Notes under the pieces: generated by a model
What the model was told of the DNA's origin: nothing
What the model saw: the letters and a program-made list of their open reading frames with translations, nothing else
Database searches by the model: none
Part shown: piece after piece, positions 25,947 to 36,600 of the stretch
Layout of the letters: the number at the start of each line of letters is the position of its first letter
How positions within the stretch are numbered: position 1 is the first letter of the stretch
Assembly: GCA_964016885.1 (NCBI GenBank)
Contig: CAXHJY010000928.1
Span: 434,001-498,000, forward strand
DNA: 64,000 nucleotides
From: Eledone cirrhosa
Taxonomy: Eukaryota
Reading direction: 5' to 3'
Position numbers and translations under genes: made by a program

Positions 25947-26525
25947 TGCTGTCGGTGTTATACCTATCTTATTGATCACATCATGTGCTGTTGGTATTAT
26001 AGCTATCTTATTGATCACATCATGTGCTGTTGGTATTATAGCTATCTTATTGATCACATCATGTGCTGTTGGTGTTATACCTATCTTATTGATCACATCG
26101 TGTGCTGTTGGTGTTATACATATCTTATTGATCACATCATGTGCTGTTGGTATTATACCTATCTTATTGATCACATAGTGTGCTGTTGGTATTATACCTA
26201 TCTTATTGATCACATCATGTGCTGTTGGTATTATACCTATCTTATTGATCACATCATGTGCTGTTGGTGTTATACCTATCTTATTGATCACATCATGTGC
26301 GGTTGGTATTATACCTATCTTATTGATCACATCATGTGCTGTTGGTGTTATACCTATCTTATTGATCACATCATGTGCTGTTGGTATTATACCTATCTTA
26401 TTGATCACATCATGTGCTGTTGGTGTTATACCTATCTTATTGATCACATCATGTGCTGTTGGTGTTATACCTATCTTATTGATCACATCATGTGCTGTTG
26501 GTGTTATACGTATCTTATTGATCCA
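25947..26525. repeat. 39-bp minisatellite, about 15 copies
   Basis: Unit tgctgttggt(g/a)ttatacctatcttattgatcacatcatg; reads (IGITPTAHDVINK)n on the minus strand. Confidence 0.95.
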
Positions 26526-26914
26526 TGTGGTCTCCCTTGTTAGTTCCACATTATGTGCTGTCTTTACTCTATTACTAACGCTAAGTTTCCCATCATGGAG
26601 TTTGCAAGTGTTGAGATCCTGTATATGTGTGCTGCGTGCCCTGTGTTTATATGTATTCATGCATAAGTGTGTACACGGGAACTAGCGTGGGAGTACGTAT
26701 CTGTGGACGCCTATTTGTTTGTGTGTGTATATGTATGTATGTGTGCATATGTATGTGTGTATATGTGGATGTCTGCAACAGTGTATATATGTATGCCTGT
26801 GCATGTGTCGATGTGTGCGTACAGGTGTGTATATATACATGTATACGCAAATATATGTATACATATGTTCAGGGAAATTTGATAGTAAGAGTGTCAATGA
26901 TACACACCTTTTTC

Positions 26915-27705
26915 AATCCCAGGTAGGATCTATAGAAGTGGTTTACAGCTACTGCTACCTAGGTGAGCTAATTAGGGTGTTCTGAGAGCAGAGTAACTAG
27001 AACAAGGAGTTTAGCGAACTACTACCTCTCTTGACAACAAAAGGTATTTCTTCATGAATGAAAGGTTGGCTGTATGATGCCTGTTGGCAATACTGTATGG
27101 TAGTGAGACATGGGCAGTGAATGCAGAGGATATGACTTGATGGATGTGCTATGTTGATGTATCTGAACAACAAAGCATGAATGAACTGAGAGAGAAACTA
27201 GGTATAAGAGGAATCAGATGTTGTGTTGTGGTATGGACATGTAATTGTTTCTACTTTTGGCACAAGGCCAGCAATTACCCAGTGCATTACTGGTACTTTA
27301 TTTTATCGACCCCGTAAGGATGAAAGGCAAAGTCAACCTCGGCGGGATTTGAACTCAGAATGGCAAGGGCCGTAACTCTATGCGTCAAAGCATGGCGTCC
27401 GAACCTCTACCGATACTGCCAATCCAAATGCCTGGTATTGACATGTAATGTGCATGAATCGTGTTTGTTGGGTGCAGAATTGCCAAGAATTCCAACTGGA
27501 AGGAAGCTAGCTGCAATGGAGGAAGACCAAGGAAGACCTGGGAGAAGATAGTGGTGAGAGATGACTTCAAATCACTGAAGCTGACAGAGAAAATGATGAA
27601 GGACTGCAACAAGTGGAGAGATGCTGTGCTGAAAAATATTTGTCTGTTTTTCAATGTTTGTATGGAAGGAGAGACAGGTATAGATGTAGAATGATGATGA
27701 TGATA
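26915..27705 (+). mobile_element. Old degenerate RTE 3' fragment interrupted by a SINE
   Basis: Remnants of EVVxSxCYLG, LYGSETWA, ELREKLGIRGIRC and GRPRKTWE, with many stops and deletions; (GAT)n tail at ~27690. Confidence 0.75.
27243..27425 (-). mobile_element. Second tRNA-like SINE family (Nin/Deu-domain-like core)
   Basis: Reverse complement has gagttcaaatcccgcc (B box) then gcctttcatccttacggggtcgataaaataaagtaccagt; a partial copy lies at 32178-32250. Confidence 0.7.
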
Positions 27706-28046
27706 CCTATATATGGATTTGGTACTAGAAATGAGGAAGGTTTCAGGATTGTGGAATTTCATGATGCCAATAACCTAACTATCTGTAAGACAAACTTGAT
27801 TAGCTATAGATCAGGGGAATACACCAGCCAGATAGATTATGTACTTACTAGAAGATGACCCAGAGTTCCTCTCGTAAACACTAAGTCCCTTCCTGGTGAA
27901 GAATGCATCTCACAACATAACCTAATAGTTAGTGACCTCATAGTCAGGGCTAGACGATCTCATCAACAGAGGACAACCTTGAGAAGAAGAATGTGGAAGT
28001 TGAAGGACCCCACAGCCAGAAACAAATTTAAAGGTATATTATATAT

Positions 28047-28390
28047 GGAGGCACATGGCTTAGTGGTTAGAGCATTGGCCTTGCAATCAAAAGGTTGTGA
28101 GTTCAATTCTCAGACCGGGTGATGTGTTGTTTCCTTGAGCAAGACACTTTACTTCACATTACTCCAGTTTACTCAGCTGTAGAAATAAGATGATAGGGAC
28201 TGGGGTCCCTATCATTCCACTGCAAAGTGGTCGTGGAGGCGCCACAGCAAAAAAGCACCCAGCACTCACTGTAAATGAGGTTGGTGTTAGGAAGGGTATC
28301 CAGCTGTAGAAATCAAGCCAGAATCATTTCCCGTCCCACCCTTGCAAGCAGAGCAAAAAGCGGACGTAAAATGAAATGATGATGATGATT
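28047..28390 (+). mobile_element. tRNA-derived SINE with RTE-type tail
   Basis: ggaggcacatggcttagtggttagagcattggcc...; nested in the old RTE. Confidence 0.9.
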
Positions 28391-29108
28391 ACTTGGTGCT
28401 TTTGACTGTAAGAAAGAGCAAATACAGACATACAATATAGAGGAGCAGTGGAAATTCCTGAAAGATAACCTACTGAAGGCGACAAATGAAATGTGTGGCT
28501 AGAGCAGACCATTAAGCTGGAGGAGAGTAACTTGGTGGTGGAACAGAGAGTTGAGGAGACAATTAAGGCCAGAAGGCAGGCTTGGAAAGAATGGTGGGAT
28601 GGGGGAAGTAGAGAAGACTATCAAGTGGCTAGGAAAGAAGCTGGGCGATAAGTGTACTTTACAAGAAGGGAACCAGATAATAGAAAGTTTAAGCATGTAC
28701 TGCAATGCGAGGTTTCATGATTGCGAGACAATGAAAATTGTGATATTGTTAAGTAGAAGTTTGTCCACAATGATAACGGAGTACTTGCTCTCACTGATGC
28801 TGAAAAGAAGGTAGCATGGAAGTGCCACTTTGAGACGCTATTAAATAGGATGAAGATAGTTTGCCCCAAGTTGACCCAATAGAGGGACCAGCTGTGCAAG
28901 TCAGTAGAAGTATAGTAACTAAGGCAATCAAAGATATGAAGACAGGCAAGGCAGCTGGACCTTCAGAAATGGTTGCTGAGATGTTGAAAGCATCTGGAAG
29001 TTAACTTGTCTAAGACTAAAGCCCTAGTATGTAGAAAGGAAAATAGGGCACAGGTTCACTCTGGGAAATGGCCTTGTTCAGTGTGCAAGAAAGGAGTAGG
29101 TAGAAATT

Positions 29109-29918
29109 GTCAAGAAGGCCGAGGATGTCTTAGCATCACTCAGCAAGACCTTCGTCAGCCGCTCAGCAGCTATCTATTTAAAGCTGTATATAGCTATGCT
29201 GCGGCCACACTTAGAATTTGCATCACCAGTCTGGAACCCCTATCTTGCTCAGAACATTGACCTCCTGGAAACTGTTCAGAGACGTGCAACCAAGCGAATA
29301 CCCCCCATCAGGCATCTACCATACTCTGAACGCCTTGCTTCCCTGGGCATGGATACACTGAAGCTCCGACGTCTGGCAACTGACTTGGTAAACACCCACA
29401 AAGTTATTAACCATCTTGCCAACAACAACCCTGAGTACCTTTTTGATTTCCATATGTCTAACACACGTGGGCATGCCCACAAAGTCAGAAAACAGCACAG
29501 CTCCCATGACTTTCGGAAACATTTTTTCACGCTCAGAGTTGCTGAAGCATGGAACAAACTACCTGCATCAGTTGTTAGCTGTCGAGACACTGCATCCTTT
29601 AAAACCTCCATGGAACAAACTACCTGCATCAGTTGTTAGCTGTTGAGACACTGTATCCTTTAAAACCTCCATGGAACAAACTACCTGCATCAGTTATTAG
29701 CTGCCAAGATATTGCATCCTTTAAAAACTCCATGCTTCCTGAAATTCACCAACACTACACCTAATATTCCCCCTCCATACACATACACACATGTATATCA
29801 TGAATCATACAATATTCACTTCCCTGACATTTGTACATTATTCTGTGTACTATACATGCACCTTTGATGAGTTGTAGTGCACCTGAGCACTGTACACAAT
29901 AATTTCATTATTATTATT
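29109..29918 (+). mobile_element. CR1/Jockey-group LINE 3' fragment with (TTA)n tail and an internal 60-bp triplication
   Basis: LRPHLEFASPVWNPY..DLLETVQRRATKRI..YSERL..TRGH..K..RKHFFTLRVAEAWNKLP is the typical CR1 ORF2 C-terminus; apparent target duplication aaatt; atggaacaaactacctgcatcag... occurs three times at 29549-29731. Confidence 0.85.
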
Positions 29919-30842
29919 AAATTCCATTCTATGTCCCAAATAAAAGATCTAGTGGGATCACAGGCAAGCTGTCAAATAAAGTAGGTTTTATATGTGGCTG
30001 ATGCTCAGATGCAATAAGTAGCAAGTGCCCATTTGATACTAGCTCCTTCAAATGCCAAGATGGCTCTGTAGAAAGAGTCGACAGTTTCTGTTACTTGAGT
30101 GACAAAATCAGCAGGGGAAGAGGGTGTTCCGAAAGTGCAGGATCTGAGAAGATAGGAAAGAAATGAAGCATGCATAATCTGATGGATATGTAATAGCAAT
30201 ATACACGAATGGCAAAGTGTAATTGAACTGAGAGAGAAATTAGGCATAAGAGGGATCAGATACAGTATATTAGAGAGGATATTGCATTGGTATAGTTGTG
30301 TGATGTTTATGAAGGATGACAGTTGAATAAAAAGGTGCAGAGTGGTCAAAATTGATTGTAGGTAGACCCAGGAAGACCTGGGACAAGGTGATAGAAGCTG
30401 ACTTTTTGCAATTACACCTGTCAAAGACAATGATACAGAATGGAGATCTTTGGCGTTATGCAGAAGACATATACACGGACTCAAACACACATCTTGTAGG
30501 CACCTCTTAACCACTATACTCCCTTCCATACACGCCACACCCACCCTCCCACTCCAGTCTACACTACCCTTGCATTTTAAAGTTATCTTGATATCACAAA
30601 TAGCACCTCGTCCACACTGTAAAGTGGTCGTGTAGGTGTCACAACAAAAAGCACCCAGTCCACTCTGTAAAGTGGTTGGCATTAGGAAAGGCATCCAGTT
30701 ATAGAAATTTAGCCAGAAACAGCTCTGTATAAGCAAGTCATGGTCACCTCACCTAGCATTGCCTCAAATGAGACAACCCGTTTAACACATGCTAGCGTGG
30801 AAGATAAATGTTAAATGATGATGATGATTATATATATATATA

Positions 30843-31186
30843 GGAGGCACATGGCTTAGTGGTTAGAGCATTGGCCTTGCAATCGAAAGGTTGTGAGTTC
30901 AATTCTCAGACCGGGTGATGTGTTGTTTCCTTGAGCAAGACACTTTATTTCACATTGCTCCAGTTTCCTCAGCTGTAGAAATGAGATGATAGGGACTGGG
31001 GTCCCTATCATTCCACTGCAAAGTGGTCGTGGAGGTGCCACGGCAAAAAAGCACACAGCACTCACTGTAAATGAGGTTGGTGTTAGGAAGGGCATCCAGC
31101 TGTAGAAATCAAGCCAGAATCAGTTCCCGTCCCACCCTTGCAAGCAGGGAAAAGCGGACGTAAAATGAAATGATGAATGAAATGAT
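30843..31186 (+). mobile_element. tRNA-derived SINE with RTE-type tail
   Basis: A box tggcttagtgg, B box gagttcaattc, central tccttgagcaagacacttta, RTE-like 3' end. Confidence 0.9.
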
Positions 31187-31207
31187 ATATATATATATAT
31201 ATATATA

Positions 31208-31490
31208 TCATCATCATCATCAGGTCCTTTTTCCCATGCTTGCATGGGTTGGATGGGTCCTTCCCAGCATGTCATCTCTCACCACCTCTGCCCAGGTCTT
31301 TCTTGGTCTACCCTCTACTGTGGTTTCCTTTCACTCGCACTTCACTCAATGATCATTTTCCATGAACATGTCCGTACCAACGCAGTCTTCTTTCCTGCAC
31401 ACTACTTCAGATTCCTCTTAAACCCAATTTCTCCCTCAACTTGGCCAAGCTCTCCCTTTCTCTCACACTTACATTACTCATCCAATGTTA
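31208..31490 (-). mobile_element. Old RTE-family 3' fragment
   Basis: (CAT)n, cccatgcttgcatgggttggatggg, and on the reverse strand GRPRKTWAEV and RLRWYGH-like remnants. Confidence 0.7.
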
Positions 31491-31520
31491 TACATGTGTT
31501 ATTTTTTGTGTGTTTTTCAG

Positions 31521-31695
31521 AAGGTCATAGTTACGTAAAGGACTTGGCTTTGATTGCTTCTCTCATTATTGCAATTGGTGGATGTTGGTTTGCATATCTT
31601 CAACACAAATATTCGCAGGCGCATGTTAAGAAGATGATGAAGGACTGGGAATCTCTCCAAATAGCTGAGGAATCCTTAAAGGAGCTACAGGAACG
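31521..31695 (+). CDS. STIM: STIM (stromal interaction molecule) exon: transmembrane helix and start of coiled-coil 1
   Basis: Acceptor tttttcag, donor gtaag; encodes GHSYVKDLALIASLIIAIGGCWFAYLQHKYSQAHVKKMMKDWESLQIAEESLKELQE(R), matching the STIM1 segment KD..[40 protein letters not shown]. Confidence 0.93.
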
Positions 31696-32377
31696 GTAAG
31701 GACACATAAATATGAATGTGTGTGTCACATGCACACACAAGCACACTTTTAACAATACACAGAACACACTCCACCTTAATATGGGTTAAATACAACCTAT
31801 ATAAATATTACACACACACATAAGTACACAACATATACATATTTAACAACACCCTACACTTTAATAAAAACATGCTTTCGCTACTTTAATCCATATAACT
31901 ATACATAGAAAGACACTAACACACATCATACACATACTTGAACAATTATAATTACATTTAAAACTCTATAAACATAGATACAGATGAGTTACTCCCCCAA
32001 TTTATTGTTGCATTATTACTACCTCTCTTACACTTGATGACATCTCATGTATGAAATATAGCTAACTTATTGTTGCTTGAAAGATAAGCAACACTAGGAT
32101 GTATACTGTCTCAATGTCATATGCCAGAGTAGGCTTTGAAACCTACAAGAGTGTTGAGAAATTATCAAGTATAATATATTGTTTCTACTTTTGGCACAAG
32201 GCTAGCAATTACCCAGTACATTACTGGTACTTTATTTTATCGACCCCGTATGATAATAAAAAGAATATATATATATATATATATATGTATGTAAAAGGTA
32301 AACAGAAATAACAACACAATCGGTACAGTATATGGAAGGGATATATTAGGTTAACGCTTGATATAGCAGAAAGAGGG

Positions 32378-32413
32378 TCTTAACGTTTCGGACACTAGTC
32401 TTTCATCAGAAGA
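32378..32413 (-). ncRNA. Minimal type I hammerhead motif within a short Penelope-like fragment (~32290-32465)
   Basis: Reverse complement: tctt CTGATGA aa gac tagt gtc c GAAA cgtt aaga; the self-complementary aacgtt stem III is typical of PLE dimeric hammerheads. Confidence 0.65.
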
Positions 32414-32663
32414 AAGAATGAGAAATAAGATAGATTGAAAGGACGGGTGGGTTGGAATTGGAAATATATATATATATATATATATGGCGACCAGAGAAAC
32501 GATTGTAATATGTCTAATAAATTTTATTCGTCACAACACTGATTCTCTGTTTCTTATGTGATATCATACTCTGCTCTGAAAGAGCATCGGGTGCTCAAAC
32601 GGCCTACCGCTTACGGACGCTTTAAGCATCCCACACCAATTATATATATATATATATATATAT

Positions 32664-33002
32664 GAAGGCGCATGGCTTAGTGGTTAGAGCATTGGGCTTG
32701 CAATCGAAAGGTTGTGAGTTCGATTCTCGGACCGGGTGATGTGTTGTGTCTTTGAGCAAGACACTTTATTTCACTTTGCTCCAGTTTACTCAGTTGTAGA
32801 AATGAGTTGCGATGCCACTGGTGCCAAGCTGTATCGGCCATTGCCTTTCCCTTGGACAACATTGGTGGTGTGGAGACGGGAGACTGGTATACATGGGTGA
32901 CTGTTGGTCTTCCACAAAAAAAACCTTGCCCAGGCTTGTGCCTCGGAGGGAAACTTTCTAGGTGCAAAACCATGGTCATTGGTGACCGAGTGGGGCCTCT
33001 CT
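32664..33002 (+). mobile_element. tRNA-derived SINE with the same head and core but a different 3' half
   Basis: gaaggcgcatggcttagtggttagagcattggg...gagttcgattc...tgagcaagacactttatttcac...gtagaaatgag, followed by an unrelated tail. Confidence 0.85.
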
Positions 33003-33183
33003 AATATATATATATATATATATATATATCAATTGAAACAAACACCATATACCGTTCTATCCTACATTGTAACAACTGTACCAATTTAGCAGCTATAGTG
33101 CTATACAGCTAACTGTGCCATTCTACAGTATTAAGGTTTAATTTATAAATATAACTGTATATTTATTCTATTTCATACTATAG

Positions 33184-33250
33184 GCTGGATAAAGCACAGC
33201 AAGAACAAAGTCTAACAGAAAGGTTTAAAGATGTAGATGGAGCAATGGAG
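33184..33250 (+). CDS. STIM: STIM next exon (coiled-coil 1 continuation)
   Basis: Acceptor ctatag, donor gtgagt; phase-compatible with the previous exon (cg|g = Arg); encodes LDKAQQEQSLTERFKDVDGAME, compare STIM1 LHKAQEEH. Confidence 0.82.
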
Positions 33251-33649
33251 GTGAGTAGAATAAATCAGGATGTTTTGTTTTTACAGCCATTCAACTGTTA
33301 ACATCCGGTAATCTTATGTACAATGATTGCAGAACTGTGAGACTGTGTCCAGTTTATTATTTTACATCACATTATTAAAATAAGTTGGTTTACTTTGAAT
33401 AAATCAGGAATGTGATTACATAAGAAAATGTAACACAGTTTTTGTTCAATTTATGTGCATATTGTCAATTTACTTTCCAATTTACGTATCATATCTATTT
33501 GCATATAATTTCAATATGCACACTACATATGCTAACAGAAAATTACCCGGAGGGTGGTCCTTCGGCTGCTGTAATATAGTGATTTAACAGAAAATATCTA
33601 GAGAGAAAGAGAGACATCAAAGAGAAGTCGCCAAAATGTCATGGAAGAC

Positions 33650-36600
33650 AGTCATCATTGTATTAGTGGTGTTATGAGAGAGATGTTGAGACAGCACTTA
33701 CTACACTGTCATCATTGTGTTAGTGATGTTATGAGAGAGACATGAGACAACACTTACTACACTGTCATCATTGTGTTAGTGATGTTATGAGAGACACAAG
33801 AGACAACACTTACTACGCTGTCATCATTGTATTAGTGGTGTTATGAGAGAGACATGAGACAACACTTACTACACTGTCATCATTGTGTTAGTGATGTTAT
33901 GAGAGAGACATGAGACAACACTTACTACACTTCATCATTGTGTTAGTGATGTTATGAGAGACACAAGAGACAACACTTACTACGCTGTCATCATTGTGTT
34001 AGTAATGTTATGAGAGAGACATGAGACAACACTTACTACACTGTCATCATTGTGTTAGCGATGTTATGAGAGAGACATGAGACAACACTTACTACACTGT
34101 CATCATTGTGTTAGTGATGTTATGAGAGAGACATGAGACAACACTTACTACACTGTCATCATTGTATTAGTGATGTTATGAGAGAGACAAGAGACAACAC
34201 TTACTACACTGTCATCATTGTGTTAGTGATGTTATGAGAGAGATGTTGAGACAGCACTTACTACGCTGTCATCATTGTATTAGTGGTGTTATGAGAGAGA
34301 CATGAGACAACACTTACTACACTGTCATCATTGTGTTAGTGATGTTATGAGAGAGACATGAGACAACACTTACTACACTGTCATCATTGTGTTAGTGATG
34401 TTATGAGAGACACAAGAGACAACACTTACTACACTTTCATCATTGTTAGTGATGTTATGAGAGAGACAAGAGACAACACTTACTACACTGTCATCATTGT
34501 ATTAGTGGTGTTATGAGAGAGATGTTGAGACAGCACTTACTACACTGTCATCATTGTGTTAGTGATGTTATGAGAGAGACATGAGACAACACTTACTACA
34601 CTGTCATCATTGTGTTAGTGATGTTATGAGAGACACAAGAGACAACACTTACTACGCTGTCATCATTGTATTAGTGGTGTTATGAGAGAGACATGAGACA
34701 ACACTTACTACACTGTCATCATTTTGTCAGTGATGTTATGAGAGAGACATGAGACAACACTTACTACACTATCATCATTGTGTTAGTGATGTTATGAGAG
34801 ACACAAGAGACAACACTTACTACGCTGTCATCATTGTATTAGTGGTGTAATGAGAGAGACATGAGACAGCACTTACTACACTGTCATCATTTTGTTAGTG
34901 ATGTTATGAGAGAGATATGAGACAACACTTACTACACTGTCATCATTGTATTAGTGATGTTATGGGAGAGACAAGAGACAACACTTATACACTGTCATCA
35001 TTGTTAGTGATGTTATGAGAGACACAAGAGACAACACTTACTACACTGTCATCATTCTGTTAGTGATGTTATGAGAGAGACATGAGACAACACTTACTAC
35101 ACTGTCATCATTGTGTTAGTGATGTTATGAGAGAGACATGAGACAACACTTACTACACTGTCATCATTGTGATAGTGATGTTATGAGAGAGACACGAGAC
35201 AACACTTACTACACTGTCATCATTGTGTTAGTGATGTTATGAGAGAGACATGAGACTACACTTACTACACTGTCATCATTGTTAGTGATGTTATGAGAGA
35301 CACAAGAGACAACACTTACTACACTGTCATCATTGTGTTAGTGATGTTATGAGAGAGACATGAGACTACACTTACTACACAGTCATCATTGTGTTAGTGA
35401 TGTTATGAGAGACACAAGAGACAACACTTACTACACTGTCATCATTGTGTTAGTGATGTTATGAGAGAGATGTTGAGACAGCACTTACTACACTGTCATT
35501 GTATTAGTGGTGTTATGAGAGAGACATGAGACAACACTTACTACACTGTCATCATTGTATTAGTGGTGTTATGAGAGAGACATGAGACAACACTTACTAC
35601 ACTGTCATCATTGTGTTAGTGATGTTATGAGAGAGACATGAGACAACACTTACTACACTGTCATCATTGTATTAGTGATGTTATGGGAGAGACAAGAGAC
35701 AACACTTACTACACTGTCATCATTGTTAGTGATGTTATGAGAGACACAAGAGACAACACTTACTACACTGTCATCATTGTGTTAGTGATGTTATGAGAGA
35801 GACATGAGACAACACTTACTACACTGTCATCATTGTGTTAGTGATGTTATGAGAGACACATGAGACAACACTTAATACACTGTCATCATTGTGTTAGTGA
35901 TGTTATGAGAGACACAAGAGACAACACTTACTACACTGTCAGCATTGTGTTAGTGATGTTTTGAGAGACATGAGACACTTACTACACTGTCATCATTGTG
36001 TTAGTGATGTTATAAGAGAGACATGAGACAACACTTACTACACTGTCATCATTGTGTAGTGATGTTATGAGAGACACAAGAGACAACACTTACTACACTG
36101 TCATCATTGTGTTACTGATGTTATGAGAGAGACATGAGACAACACTTACTACACTGTCATCATTGTGTTAGCGATGTTATGACAGAGACATGAGACAACA
36201 CTTACTACACTGTTATCATTGTGTTAGTGATGTTATGAGAGAGACATGAGACAACACTTACTACACTGTCATCATTGTGTTAGTGATGTTATGAGAGAGA
36301 CAAGAGACAACGCTTACTACACTGTCATCATTGTTAGTGATGTTATGAGAGACATGAGACTACACTTACTACACTGTCATCATTGTGTTAGTGATATTAT
36401 GAGAGACACAATAGACAACACTTACTACGCTGTCATCATTGTGTTAGTGATGTTATGAGAGAGACATGAGACAACACTTACTACACTGTCATCATTGTAT
36501 TAGTGATGTTATGAGAGAGACAAGAGACAACACTTACTACACTGTCATCATTGTGTTAGTGTTGTTATGAGAGAGATGTTGAGACAGCACTTACTACACT

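Larger units (their letters stand above)
27706..30830 (+). mobile_element. Old degenerate RTE copy with internal deletions, host to a SINE (28047-28390) and a CR1-type insertion (29109-29918)
   Basis: [62 protein letters not shown]; resumes at 29919 (attccattctatgtcccaaa) and runs to a 3'UTR and (GAT)n tail. Confidence 0.8.

Noticed and set aside
30843-30915. tRNA gene (also the heads of the other SINE copies)
   Set aside because: A and B boxes are present, but no complete cloverleaf is evident and the sequence continues into a SINE body repeated seven times in the window.
31244-31520. 5' part of the 151-aa ORF as STIM coding sequence
   Set aside because: It overlaps an antisense RTE relic, and STIM similarity begins exactly at the splice acceptor at 31521.
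32574-32606. Hammerhead-like ctgaaa-gagcat cgg gtgctc-aaac
   Set aside because: Both core boxes deviate from CUGANGA and GAAA, and no stem I partner was found; too degenerate to call.
33539-33677. Possible further STIM exon just before the satellite (after the aacag acceptors at 33538 or 33590)
   Set aside because: The polypyrimidine tracts are poor, the in-phase frames hit stops, and there is no convincing similarity to STIM CC1 or SOAR.
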